Source: Armatimonadota bacterium (GTDB lineage Bacteria; Armatimonadota; Hebobacteria; CAIYQO01). From it: DNA of 37,916 bases. The stretch is from assembly GCA_038248345.1 (NCBI GenBank), contig JBBRXO010000015.1, positions 1 through 37,916 on the forward strand, given 5' to 3'. This document shows, piece after piece, positions 20,601 through 29,525 of this stretch (its first letter is position 1; every line of letters starts with the position of its first letter). Below the pieces are notes generated by a model. It was not told the origin of the DNA. It did not search any database and saw nothing but the letters and a program-made list of their open reading frames with translations. Made by a program: the position numbers and the translations under genes.

Positions 20601-21513
20601 CCCAAACGCGTTTGCCATTTTTATCAATATTTTCAATGACAATGGTTCCCCGGTTTTGCGGAGAAGCGCTCAGCAGGATATCCAGCAGCTCCGCCCCGGT
20701 CAGTCCATCGGTGGCGACTTCCGGCAACACTGTTTCCAGCAGAGGTTTGCCAATTATCTCCGTTTCGCTATAGCCGAAAAACTCCGCAGCATATCGATTC
20801 CAGAAGATGATATCTCCCTGGCTGTCGAGTTTTATAATTATGCCGTTAACGTTCTCCACCAGGTCACGGTAGCGTTTCTCACTATAGCGTAGCTCATCTT
20901 CCATTTTACGATATTCGGTGACATCCAGCAGGTCTACGAGCATACCAATGACGACCCCGGAGTTGACATCAACCATGGGGGTAATTGAACCATTAAGCGT
21001 CAACACGGCCCCATCTTTACGCACCCGCTTAATTGTGTACTCCGCTACGGATTTATTCTCCCGGACAAGCGCAATGAAAGTTGCCTGCTCCTCTGCGCTG
21101 ATATTCATCAATTCAGCATAGGAGATTTTGATCGCTTCACTATAGCTCATCTCGAAAATGCGCGTCGCGCAAGGGTTCCAGTCAGTAATTATTCCATCCA
21201 GTCCAACAGCAATAATGACCATTGGGGAGGAATCGAATATGGTCATTAAATGAGTCTTGCCAAGCTGCAATTCCAAGTAGAAATTATTAAATTGGATATA
21301 CACCATGAAGATGAGGAGGAATAACAGCGCAAAGATGAAGATTAGATAGGCAGAATCAGCCTTGACGAACTGGAAGAAATCTTTCGCATCGGTGAGCACC
21401 CAGGCGCGGTAATATTGCAGCGATATTCCAGCTGTGAAAGCGTAGATTATGGTGAGTAGTAGCGTAACCCAACGCAATCTGCCCAGAATACGTTGCCACT
21501 TGCGAAGCCGCAT
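17605..21513 (-). CDS. Membrane hybrid sensor histidine kinase (2 TM, 4 PAS, 2 GAF-like, HisKA, HATPase, REC)
   Basis: GGIAHDFNNIL H-box, NAVQAM, DTGCG, FDPYFTTK, GTGLGL, C-terminal MDDD...MDLT...KPY receiver. Confidence 0.95.
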   Translation of the reverse strand: MRLRKWQRILGRLRWVTLLLTIIYAFTAGISLQYYRAWVLTDAKDFFQFVKADSAYLIFIFALLFLLIFMVYIQFNNFYLELQLGKTHLMTIFDSSPMVIIAVGLDGIITDWNPCATRIFEMSYSEAIKISYAELMNISAEEQATFIALVRENKSVAEYTIKRVRKDGAVLTLNGSITPMVDVNSGVVIGMLVDLLDVTEYRKMEDELRYSEKRYRDLVENVNGIIIKLDSQGDIIFWNRYAAEFFGYSETEIIGKPLLETVLPEVATDGLTGAELLDILLSASPQNRGTIVIENIDKNGKRVWVAWASYSGLDNEGKMEVICIGSDVTAQREAEDRQLLMAKRAEAVITAADILLNCTSEDEVTFRAVVLARELLGLERCSIALVEDETLQMTYGTDMNGQTTDEHATVQPVTREHRQWLEAIHLSDKHNRFEERNYLEAVEGSYRELEAGQLALTPLVSGVGLLGVFYNDNAIDGKPLDDDQQGSVVLFCSVLANIIERIRTEKELEHERFLLQTLLDNIPDYIYFKDRHSRFTRVSKSMAGLFGVSVNKVIGKTDFDFFTDIFAQKTFGDELRMMEEGHSLVNMEEMQTWRNGAASWVNSAKLPLLGPDGTVIGTFGISHNITEKKEAENLQRTLLMGLQAVLDIADELLSSASVDELLRRAVVMASERLGLERTAIMLQDNNGKLCGTYATGADGKIVDISDQCISLEEHQEKIEKMRIKHNRWFTLENVAGSPGYSKHSISAMTPFQVGERAGVFSNDNALSGGMLNPEMQDVVSVYVSLLGDILLHKQTEEVLFAEMERLAVTLKCIGDGVITTDKAGNIVMLNKVAEYLTGWLQQDAAGLPLEKVFSIVDYKTRTQLVDPVDRVITSGHAEALNARTLLLSKNGQEREIEDSGAPILDRNNAIIGVVLVFRDVTNERRVEEELAKADKLESVGVLAGGIAHDFNNILTAIVGNISLALSHQEGGSDAELLINVEKAALRARDLTQQLLTFARGGAPVKNLMALEELVTETTRFALSGTNVRCEFDFPVDLWPVEADAGQIHQVLNNLTINAVQAMPGGGVLKVSAENYIISEKDLLSLPEGKYTRVGFSDTGCGVKPEIKALIFDPYFTTKDNGTGLGLATAYSIMRHHDGDVTVENHPDVGATFYLYFPATTGETPAKSSMNSIIIPAHGKIMVMDDDDIVCEVVGNMLEHLGYHVVLVSDGTHAITHYLESLATGDPFDVLIMDLTVPGGMGGKETISDLLALDPTVKAIVSSGYSTDPVMANYRSYGFAGVIAKPYQLAELDEVVRKVMGAE

Positions 21514-21601
21514 AGATCACCCTCACTTAAATCAATGACAAGCTGTATTCATGATACCACGAAATCAGCGAAGATGTATCAGAACGGTGTTTATTGCTGA
21601 C

Positions 21602-21648
21602 AAAAAAAGGTCTGGTTCTCCCCTCACCAATAGGGAAGAACCAGACCT
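21602..21648 (-). terminator. Intrinsic terminator downstream of glutamine synthetase
   Basis: AGGTCTGGTTCT/AGAACCAGACCT stem with T7 tail on minus strand. Confidence 0.85.
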
Positions 21649-21663
21649 ACAGACCTACAGACA

Positions 21664-23859
21664 CTACCCGATGAAGAGCATCTCACGATACTTCGGCATC
21701 GGCCAGATGGCGTCGTCCACCAGGTTCTCCAGCGTGTCTGCCGCTTCGCGGACTGCCAGCATGGCGGGCAACACTTCGTCTCGATAATAGGTCGCCGTTA
21801 CAATCACCGCCACATCTTCGGGCACGGCGGCGTGAACATCGGCCAGGGTGTCGATGGCGGTTTTTAGCGCACTGGTGGTGTCGCTAATGCTACCGAGTAA
21901 TGCCTCCTGCGGGGCTAATTTGGCGCCCGGCAGTGCATTTTTGGTGGCCAGCAACGAGCCGGCTACTTTGCACTGGTATTCGATAGCTACCGGCAGGATG
22001 ATGGTCTGGGCGATCTGCTCGGTGAGCATCGCTTCGATATTCAGCGCCTTAATGTAGTTCTCGACCATGATCTCGTAGCGGGATTCCAGCTCGATCTCGT
22101 TGAATACTCCATATTTCGCGAAGAGTTTATGGGCCTTCTCGGTGATCAACGCCGGCAGTGCGTCCACGGTAGTCTTCAGGTTCGGCAGTTTGCGCTTCTC
22201 GGCTTCGGCAGCCCATTCGGCGCTGTAGCCATCGCCATCAAAGAGCACCTTTTTGGAATCGCTCAAGACGCTCTGCAGCAATGTCTGCAGCGCGGCTTCT
22301 AATGTCTCACCCTTGGCTATTGCGGCTTCCAGTGAGGTCACCATGAAGTCGAGGGACTCGGCGACGATGGTGTTGAGCACGATATTCGGGCCGGAGATCG
22401 TCTGTGTGGAACCGACGGCGCGGAATTCGAATTTGTTGCCGGTGAAGGCGAACGGCGAGGTGCGGTTGCGGTCGGTGGTGTCCTTCGGCAGTGTCGGCAA
22501 GGTGCTGACGCCCACGGTGAGCTGTCCGCCGTGCTTGCCGCCCTCGGCTTTGCCCGCGATCAGTTGATCGACGATCTCTTCCAACTGTTTGCCAAGGAAG
22601 ATGGAGATGACCGCTGGAGGAGCCTCGTTGGCGCCCAGACGATGATCATTGCCCACAACGGCAACCGAAGCGCGCAACAGGTCAGCGTGTATATCTACCG
22701 CACGGATGATGGCCGCCAGGAAGGTGAGGAACTGCGCATTCTCATGCGGAGTTTTGCCCGGTTCCAACAGGTTCTGCCCATCGTCGGTGGCCATAGAGAA
22801 GTTGTTGTGCTTGCCGCTGCCGTTGACGCCAGCGAAGGGCTTCTCGTGCAGTAGACAGGCCATGCCGTGCTTGCTGGCGACTGATTTCAACACTTCCATT
22901 ACCAGCATGTTATGGTCAGTGGCCAGATTCGACGACTCGAAGATCGGGGCGACCTCAAACTGTGCCGGTGCTACTTCATTGTGGCGGGTTTTAATAGGAA
23001 TACCCAGCTTGTACATCTCCTGCTCGGCGTCCATCATGTAGTTCAGCACGCGGGCGCGGATAGCGCCAAAATAGTGATCTTCCATCTCCTGGCCCTTGGG
23101 CGGCTTGGCGCCAAACAGGGTGCGGCCGGCATTGATCAGATCCGGGCGTTGCAGGTAGAAGTTCTTGTCGATGAGGAAATATTCCTGCTCTGGCCCCACA
23201 GTGGCGATAACGCGCTTGGTGGAGGTGTTGCCAAAGAGGCGCAACGTTCGCAGCGCCTGCGTGGACAATGCCTCGATGGAGCGGAGCAGTGGTACTTTTT
23301 TATCCAGCACTTCGCCGGTGTAGGAGACGAATGCCGTCGGGATGCACAGCGTTTTACCATTTACGCTATCCATCAGGAAGGCGGGCGAAGTGGGATCCCA
23401 TGCGGTGTAGCCGCGGGCCTCGAAGGTGGCGCGGATGCCGCCGGACGGGAAGGATGACGCGTCAGGCTCACCCTTGATCAGCTCTTTACCGCTGAACTCC
23501 AGGATGACGTTGCCGTCGGCAGTTGGGTTGATAAAGCTGTCATGCTTCTCCGCCGTCAGGCCGGTCATCGGCTGGAACCAGTGGGTGTAGTGCGAGGCAC
23601 CGCGCTCAATCGCCCAGTCTTTCATGGAGTTAGCGACGACGTCAGCCACCGACAAATCTAACGGTTTGCCTTCATTGATCGTCTGCTTGATGCTTTTAAA
23701 GACAGCCTTCGGCAGACGCTTGCGCATCGTCTCTTCATTAAAAACGTTCATACCGTATATTTCGGTAATCGGCTTCTCCACGTAGTTCACGCTGGCTTCC
23801 GCCTGCTCAATGCCCGCTATCGTGGCAATAGCTTTCTTTCGTGCGTTCATCGTACTCAT
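21664..23859 (-). CDS. glnN: Glutamine synthetase type III
   Basis: 731 aa; [84 protein letters not shown]. Confidence 0.96.
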   Translation of the reverse strand: MSTMNARKKAIATIAGIEQAEASVNYVEKPITEIYGMNVFNEETMRKRLPKAVFKSIKQTINEGKPLDLSVADVVANSMKDWAIERGASHYTHWFQPMTGLTAEKHDSFINPTADGNVILEFSGKELIKGEPDASSFPSGGIRATFEARGYTAWDPTSPAFLMDSVNGKTLCIPTAFVSYTGEVLDKKVPLLRSIEALSTQALRTLRLFGNTSTKRVIATVGPEQEYFLIDKNFYLQRPDLINAGRTLFGAKPPKGQEMEDHYFGAIRARVLNYMMDAEQEMYKLGIPIKTRHNEVAPAQFEVAPIFESSNLATDHNMLVMEVLKSVASKHGMACLLHEKPFAGVNGSGKHNNFSMATDDGQNLLEPGKTPHENAQFLTFLAAIIRAVDIHADLLRASVAVVGNDHRLGANEAPPAVISIFLGKQLEEIVDQLIAGKAEGGKHGGQLTVGVSTLPTLPKDTTDRNRTSPFAFTGNKFEFRAVGSTQTISGPNIVLNTIVAESLDFMVTSLEAAIAKGETLEAALQTLLQSVLSDSKKVLFDGDGYSAEWAAEAEKRKLPNLKTTVDALPALITEKAHKLFAKYGVFNEIELESRYEIMVENYIKALNIEAMLTEQIAQTIILPVAIEYQCKVAGSLLATKNALPGAKLAPQEALLGSISDTTSALKTAIDTLADVHAAVPEDVAVIVTATYYRDEVLPAMLAVREAADTLENLVDDAIWPMPKYREMLFIG

Positions 23860-24103
23860 GGTACTCCCCTTTCACGATATCCCTGTATAGAGCTGAAAAT
23901 TTGAGCAATTGGCAACTGACCATATGCCGTCCCCGACACCGCTACCCGCTCCCTCTAACATGTACAGTATGCCAGAGCAATATTTCAGGAATGTTACATA
24001 GAATGGATAGGAGAAATAATTGTGAAAAATAGTTTGGTGCCTAGATTCTTGCCGGGACTTTAGTCCCAGCGAAAAAGGGTATTGAAATCTCCTGACAGCA
24101 GAT

Positions 24104-24134
24104 AAAGAAAAACCTCCGGGTCGCAACCCGGAGG
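24104..24134 (-). terminator. Intrinsic terminator
   Basis: Minus strand CCTCCGGGT-TGCG-ACCCGGAGG-TTTTTCTTT. Confidence 0.85.
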
Positions 24135-24242
24135 GGGCTACCACGTTACCGCAGTAGTGTTGAAGTAATCATATTTAGATCGAACATGTTTCGTTGTCAA
24201 GTATATTTGCCAGTTCATTCCCCTTGTCATAATTCAAACAAA

Positions 24243-24300
24243 AACCTAAAGACCTAAAGACCCACAGACCTATTAGACCTATTAGACCTATTAGACCTAC
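24243..24300. repeat. Degenerate 8-9-mer tandem repeat (AGACCTA core); contains M16 gene stop codon
   Basis: AGACCTAA AGACCCAC AGACCTATT AGACCTATT AGACCTATT AGACCTAC. Confidence 0.9.
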
Positions 24301-25508
24301 TCCGGTGCCACAATCACCGTCACACTTGGCCCCACTAGCAGCTGCGCCGCTGTCTGTACCTGCTCTTTCGTCACCGTCTCGACTTTTTCCAGCAGGCGCG
24401 CGCCGTAGTCGGGTCCGACGCCGATGATATGCTTCAGCGCGTAGTCAAGGCAATGTTGATTGTTGGTCTCATGCGATAACACATGGTTACCACGCAGGCG
24501 GCCTTTGGCCCCGCTCAGTTCATCATCGCTGACCAACTCCTGCTGCATACGGACGATCTGCTCGGTGAAGCCCCGCTGGGCTTTCTCGATATTCTCCGGT
24601 GAAGTGCCGATGGTGACGGCGAATTCGCTGCATAAGCGGCTAAGGTTATACTGGCTGCGCACGGTGTAGGCCAGCCCCTGTTTGTCACGCAGTTCGCGGA
24701 AGAGGCGCGAACTTAACCCACCCACTCCCAAAATTGTGTTCATCACCGAGAATGCTGCCTGCTCCGGTGCGCCCAGCGCCGGGGCGTGCCAACCCTGAAA
24801 CACCTGCGCCTGTTGCGCATCCGGGCGCGTCTGCTTCACCAAGATATCTTTAGAGAGTGGTACAGGAGCAGCAAATACGGGTAGCGGCTGGCCGGCAGTT
24901 AAGCTGCCGAAGGCCGCCTCCAGTAGCGGCAACACCTCGGCAAGATCAACATCGCCCACCAGTGTGATATTCATCCCCGCCGGGAACTGCTGCGCCGTGA
25001 CAATACTGCGTGACTCCTCCACGTCCAGCTTCTCCGCTGCCGCCAATACCGCGGTGCCGGTGAAACCATACGGGTGCCCGGCGAAGAGCGTACTGCCGAG
25101 CAGGTCGCCAGCCAATTCACGTGGGCCATCCAGCGAGGTGTTGATAGCGCCCAGCAGCCGCATCTTTTCCTTCTCAAAATCGGCAAAGGTAGAGCCCGTG
25201 AGGACGTCGTTGATGATCTCCAGCGTATGCGCCAACTCGCGATTGAGAAAGATCGCCGAGAGTACGGACAGATCATTGAGCAACATATCCTGCAGGATTA
25301 TCGCATGGGCATCCAGCTCCTGCGCCAGCGCCTCCGCACTCCGCTTCGCCGTTCCCTTCAGCAACAGATGCCCGGCTAGTTGCGCCGTCCCCGGCACCCC
25401 CTCGCGCATGCGCCCCCCGGCAAAGGTCACCGCCAACGCCATCCGCGGCGTCCCCGGAGCATATTGAAACAGGACGGGAAGTCCTGATGATAATTGTGTT
25501 GTTTGCAT
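24297..25508 (-). CDS. M16-family peptidase-like protein, non-catalytic subunit
   Basis: LLLKGT..RSAEALAQEL, SSRLFRELRDKQGLAY; the HxxEH zinc motif is replaced by QLAGH. Confidence 0.85.
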   Translation of the reverse strand: MQTTQLSSGLPVLFQYAPGTPRMALAVTFAGGRMREGVPGTAQLAGHLLLKGTAKRSAEALAQELDAHAIILQDMLLNDLSVLSAIFLNRELAHTLEIINDVLTGSTFADFEKEKMRLLGAINTSLDGPRELAGDLLGSTLFAGHPYGFTGTAVLAAAEKLDVEESRSIVTAQQFPAGMNITLVGDVDLAEVLPLLEAAFGSLTAGQPLPVFAAPVPLSKDILVKQTRPDAQQAQVFQGWHAPALGAPEQAAFSVMNTILGVGGLSSRLFRELRDKQGLAYTVRSQYNLSRLCSEFAVTIGTSPENIEKAQRGFTEQIVRMQQELVSDDELSGAKGRLRGNHVLSHETNNQHCLDYALKHIIGVGPDYGARLLEKVETVTKEQVQTAAQLLVGPSVTVIVAPE

Positions 25509-25572
25509 TTCACCCTCCCCGGGGCGTTGCCCAGGCTATCGAATTGTTGCCTTCAGGCAACGGATTATCAAT

Positions 25573-26334
25573 TTACCACCGCCCAAACGCCCGCCCCACA
25601 TTCGCCGCCGTCTGTGCGCCCACTTCCTCCGCCGTTACCCCGTGTAACTCGGCTACCGCGGCGGCGATGAGCGGGATGTATGACGGCTCGTTGGACTTGC
25701 CACGATGCGGGATGGGCGCGAGGTAGGGGGAGTCGGTCTCCAGCAACATGCGCTCCAGCGGAATTGCCGCCGCCAGCGCGCGGATGTTATCCGCTTTTTT
25801 GAAGGTCACCCACCCGGCTATGCCTACGTACATATGCTGGGCAATACGCAGGCCGATCTCCGGCTCCACGCTACCGCAATGCCAGTGCCCGCCACGCGCC
25901 CAGCCGCCCTCGGCATCCATGATCATCAGCGCGTCGTCAATTGCCGCCCGCTCATGAATCACTACCGGCAAATTCAATTCGGCGGCGAGCGCCAGTTGCC
26001 GGCGAAACCCCTCGCGCTGCACCTCGCGTGGGGAATGATCGTAATGATAATCCAACCCGATCTCGCCGATGGCCAGCACCTGCGGCGCACGTGCCAACAT
26101 TCGCAGCTCATCTATGAGCGCATCATCGATGATGTCGCTATCATGCGGGTGAACGCCCACGACAGCGCGCAATTGCGGGTACTGCCGCGCCAGCTCCACC
26201 GCGCGATAGCTGCTGGCCAGGTCATACCCCGCCACCACCGCCCCGGTAACCTCCGCCGCCGTCATGCGCTGCAGCATTGCGGGCACCAGCTCCAGCATCT
26301 CTGGGTTATTCAGGTGACAATGGGCGTCAATCAT
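25573..26334 (-). CDS. tatD: TatD-family nuclease
   Basis: IDAHCHL, GVHPH, IGEIGLDYHY, LLETDSPYLAP, NEP. Confidence 0.93.
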   Translation of the reverse strand: MIDAHCHLNNPEMLELVPAMLQRMTAAEVTGAVVAGYDLASSYRAVELARQYPQLRAVVGVHPHDSDIIDDALIDELRMLARAPQVLAIGEIGLDYHYDHSPREVQREGFRRQLALAAELNLPVVIHERAAIDDALMIMDAEGGWARGGHWHCGSVEPEIGLRIAQHMYVGIAGWVTFKKADNIRALAAAIPLERMLLETDSPYLAPIPHRGKSNEPSYIPLIAAAVAELHGVTAEEVGAQTAANVGRAFGRW

Positions 26335-26410
26335 AATAAGTTTCTAGTTTCAAGTTCCACATTCCAAATTTTCACGTCGGCGTCCCCGAAGGGGACAATC
26401 CGTTTAGAAG

Positions 26411-27115
26411 CTACTTCTCTTCAGACAGCTTCCCCAGCGCCACCTTCGCCGCGGCCTGTTCGGCCTCTTTTTTGCTTTTGCCGGAGCCGGAGCCGAGGTT
26501 TTTGCCCTGGAATATCGTGGCTACTACGAAGGTACGCTCGTGTGACGGGCCTTCTTCGCGAATCGGTTTATAATGTGGGGTCTCGTGGTAGCGGCTCTGG
26601 CAAAATTCCTGCAGCTCCGTTTTATAGTCATGCCAGGCTTCGCCGTGCGTGTCCGCAGTGGTTACCGGTATCTCGCGCAGCACGAAATACCGGCAGGCGT
26701 CCAACCCGGCATCCAGATAATATGCGCCGATTATCGCCTCGACAGTATCGGCGAGCATGGCGCGTCGTTTGCGTCCTCCGGCGGATTCCTCGCCGTGCGA
26801 CATGATTGCCAGCGCGCCGACATCCCAGCGCAGCGCCACCTGCTCCAGTGCCTTCTCGTTGACCAGCGCCGCCTTGTTGATGGAGAGCATCCCCTCCTCC
26901 ATCTCCGGGTGCTGGCGGTACAGCTCCTCGGCTACCAGCAGATCCAGCACCGAGTCGCCGAGGAACTCCAACCGCTCGTTGGATTCCACCCCATGCTCTG
27001 CCGCATATGAGCGATGTGTCAACGCGGTGACCAGCAGCCCTATCTCATGGAAAGATATGCCCAGCCGCTGCGTCAATAACGCCGGATCCTGACCTTTTTC
27101 GTTGGTTTTTGGCAC
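26411..27115 (-). CDS. rnc: Ribonuclease III
   Basis: ALTHRS, NERLEFLGDSVL, ADTVEAIIGA, dsRBD DYKTELQE...GSGKSKKEAEQAAA. Confidence 0.97.
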   Translation of the reverse strand: MPKTNEKGQDPALLTQRLGISFHEIGLLVTALTHRSYAAEHGVESNERLEFLGDSVLDLLVAEELYRQHPEMEEGMLSINKAALVNEKALEQVALRWDVGALAIMSHGEESAGGRKRRAMLADTVEAIIGAYYLDAGLDACRYFVLREIPVTTADTHGEAWHDYKTELQEFCQSRYHETPHYKPIREEGPSHERTFVVATIFQGKNLGSGSGKSKKEAEQAAAKVALGKLSEEK

Positions 27116-27130
27116 AGTGTTCTACCTAAC

Positions 27131-27311
27131 CCACCCCCTGAAGGAGGTGGCTAACAACGGCAAGCACGCTGAAGCGCGCTAAATGATCATGGCTTGTCCG
27201 TCTTTAAGACATCTCCCCATAATCCCTTTTTTTCTCTCTTCGTGCCTTTGTGTCTTCGTGGTTTTATCGTAGCCCCGTTCTCATGGGCGTCATTTGAGAC
27301 GCCCATGCTAC
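27131..27311 (-). repeat. Composite repeat mosaic between aspS and rnc
   Basis: On minus strand: GTAGCATGGGCG..CGCCCATGAGAACGGG (27273-27311), CACGAAG array (27233-27263), double-hairpin element (27131-27181) nearly identical to 32326-32379. Confidence 0.85.
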
Positions 27312-27327
27312 GATCCTACCGGTTAAA

Positions 27328-29118
27328 CTACTTCTTCCGCAATGCGATCCCCAGGTCGCGCAGCTGGATGTCGTCCACGGTGGTGGGGGCGTCCATCATC
27401 AGGTCGTTGCCGCTGGCGGTCTTCGGGAAGGCGATTACGTCGCGGATCGACTTCTCGCCGGTCATCAGCATGATGATGCGGTCGACGCCCATGCCGATGC
27501 CCGCGTGGGGAGGCGCGCCGTACTCGAAGGCCTCCACCAAGAAGCCGAAGCGCTCGCGCACCTGCTCAATAGGCATGTTAATGGTTTTGAGCACCAGCTC
27601 CTGGATGTCGCTGCGGTGGATGCGCACGCTGCCCGAGCCCAGCTCCATGCCGTTGAGCACCAGGTCGTAGAGGTTGCCGTGTACCTGCAGCGGGTCTGTC
27701 TCCAGCAGTGCCATATCCTCATCTTTTGGCATGGTGAAGGGGTGGTGCATCGGCTGAATCTGGTTGGTCTCCGCATCCAGGTCGAACATGGGGAAGTCGA
27801 CGATCCAGAGGAAATTCCACAGCCCTTCCGGGATAAGCCCCAGCGTGTCGCCCAGGCGCAGCCGCAGCCGGCCCAACGCGGATGCCACCACCGCCGGGGT
27901 GTCGGCGATAATCAGCAGCAGGTCGCCCACCTCGGCGCCCATGGCGGTGGAGAAAGCAGCCATCTCGGTCTCATTGAGGAATTTGCTCACCGGGGACTTC
28001 ATCCCCTCTTCATTCACCTGGAAGTAGGCCAGCCCGCGCGCGCCGAAGGTCTGCACGTAGGTGGTCAGCTCATCCAGCTCACGACGGCTCAGCTTCGCCG
28101 CGCCCTTGGCGTTGATACCCTTGATCTGGCCGCCACTGGCCAGCACACTGGTGAAAGCCTTGAACTCGGTGGTGGCGAAGATGCCTGCCAGGTCGACGAA
28201 CTCCAGCCCGAAACGTGTGTCCGGCTTGTCGTTGCCGTAGCGTGCCATCGATTCCTCGTAGGTCATGATGGGGAATTTAGCCGGTGTCTCCACATCAATG
28301 AGCTTCATGATGCGCGCAAAAAGTCCCTCAACCACCGCCATCACGTCCTCACGTTCCACGAAAGACATCTCCATGTCGATCTGCGTATGCTCGTACTGGC
28401 GGTCAGCGCGCAGGTCTTCGTCACGCATACAGCGCGCCAGCTGGAAATACTTCTCCATCCCCGCCACCATCAGCGTCTGTTTCATCAGCTGCGGGCTTTG
28501 CGGCAGCGCGTAGAACTCGCCGTGGTGGATGCGTGAAGGCACCAGGAAGTCGCGTGCGCCCTCTGGAGTGGACTTGATGAGGAATGGCGTCTCAATTTCC
28601 AGGAAGCCGTTCTCGTCGAGATATTTGCGCGTCTCCTGCTGCACTTTGTGGCGCAGCGTGAGGTTCTTCAACATGCGCGTACTGCGCAGGTCGAGGTAAC
28701 GATATTTCAGTCGCATGTTCTCGTCAACTTCTGGCCCGTTTTCATCATTCACCAGGAAAGGAGGAGTTTTAGATGCGTTCAGCACCTCCACGTAGTCAAG
28801 CTGCACTTCGATCTCGCCGGTAGGCAGCTTGGAGTTCACCGTGCCACCCGGGCGCGCGCCCACCGTGCCATGCACCGCCAGCACAAACTCAGAGCGGATC
28901 TTCTGCGCCAGCTCATGCGCGGCAGGCGACTCCTGCGGGTTGATGACGCACTGCGTGATGCCGCTCCGGTCGCGCAGATCAATAAAGATCAGCCCGCCGT
29001 GATCACGATTAGTCTGTGTCCAACCCATCAGCGTCACTTGCGTGCCAATATCACTGGCGCGCAAATCCCCGCACATATGCGTCCGGCGCATCTGTTGCTT
29101 CATCGCAGTGGTTTCCAT
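27328..29118 (-). CDS. aspS: Aspartyl-tRNA synthetase, probably non-discriminating (Asp/Asn)
   Basis: RDHGGLIFIDLRD, RLKYRYLDLR, STPEGARDF, LPQSPQL, RDEDLRADRQ, GAPPHAGIGMGVDR; His in RDHGG and Gly in RPGG are ND-type determinants. Confidence 0.97.
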   Translation of the reverse strand: METTAMKQQMRRTHMCGDLRASDIGTQVTLMGWTQTNRDHGGLIFIDLRDRSGITQCVINPQESPAAHELAQKIRSEFVLAVHGTVGARPGGTVNSKLPTGEIEVQLDYVEVLNASKTPPFLVNDENGPEVDENMRLKYRYLDLRSTRMLKNLTLRHKVQQETRKYLDENGFLEIETPFLIKSTPEGARDFLVPSRIHHGEFYALPQSPQLMKQTLMVAGMEKYFQLARCMRDEDLRADRQYEHTQIDMEMSFVEREDVMAVVEGLFARIMKLIDVETPAKFPIMTYEESMARYGNDKPDTRFGLEFVDLAGIFATTEFKAFTSVLASGGQIKGINAKGAAKLSRRELDELTTYVQTFGARGLAYFQVNEEGMKSPVSKFLNETEMAAFSTAMGAEVGDLLLIIADTPAVVASALGRLRLRLGDTLGLIPEGLWNFLWIVDFPMFDLDAETNQIQPMHHPFTMPKDEDMALLETDPLQVHGNLYDLVLNGMELGSGSVRIHRSDIQELVLKTINMPIEQVRERFGFLVEAFEYGAPPHAGIGMGVDRIIMLMTGEKSIRDVIAFPKTASGNDLMMDAPTTVDDIQLRDLGIALRKK

Positions 29119-29163
29119 CTTCTCTTCCCCTTAAATCTTTAGCTATAAATGTTCAATGCGTTC

Positions 29164-29499
29164 CCACGTGCTTTAGCGCGTGGTGAATATTATTAATTCG
29201 CCACTGCCTTTGCTGATTCCTGCTCAAAAATACCGCGATATTTTGCTATATATTGGGACAAAAATAAGACAAAGAGTGGGGAATACGGGCTAAAGCGGCC
29301 AAACTGGCCGCTGATGGCTCCATCCGTCCCCTTCAAGTTGCCCCATTCTATCTCAGGTAAGTATAATGGGTACAAAATCGTAGCATGGGCGGTCCCGCCC
29401 ATGAGAACGGGCAAATAGAGGAAGTTATTTTCGGATTAAAATAATAGCGCCCTTCAGGGTGCTTGCAGTTGTTAGCCTCGTCCTTTAGGGCGTGGTGAT
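29164..29499 (+). repeat. Composite repeat mosaic between divergent aspS and parA
   Basis: 29164-29185 identical to 10371-10392; 29380-29412 CATGGGC palindrome; 29444-29499 double-hairpin element. Confidence 0.85.
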
Positions 29500-29525
29500 G
29501 CACTGTATCCGTATAAGGAACATAG

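Noticed and set aside
23900..24060. Sigma-54 promoter for glnN
   Set aside because: No GG-N10-GC with the correct spacing found on the minus strand.
24181..24193. CGAACATGTTTCG as a LexA box
   Set aside because: Spacing does not fit GAAC-N4-GTTC.
25705..28536. Long antisense ORFs (366 aa, 343 aa) over tatD/rnc and aspS
   Set aside because: Shadow frames of GC-rich conserved genes, with no recognisable motifs.
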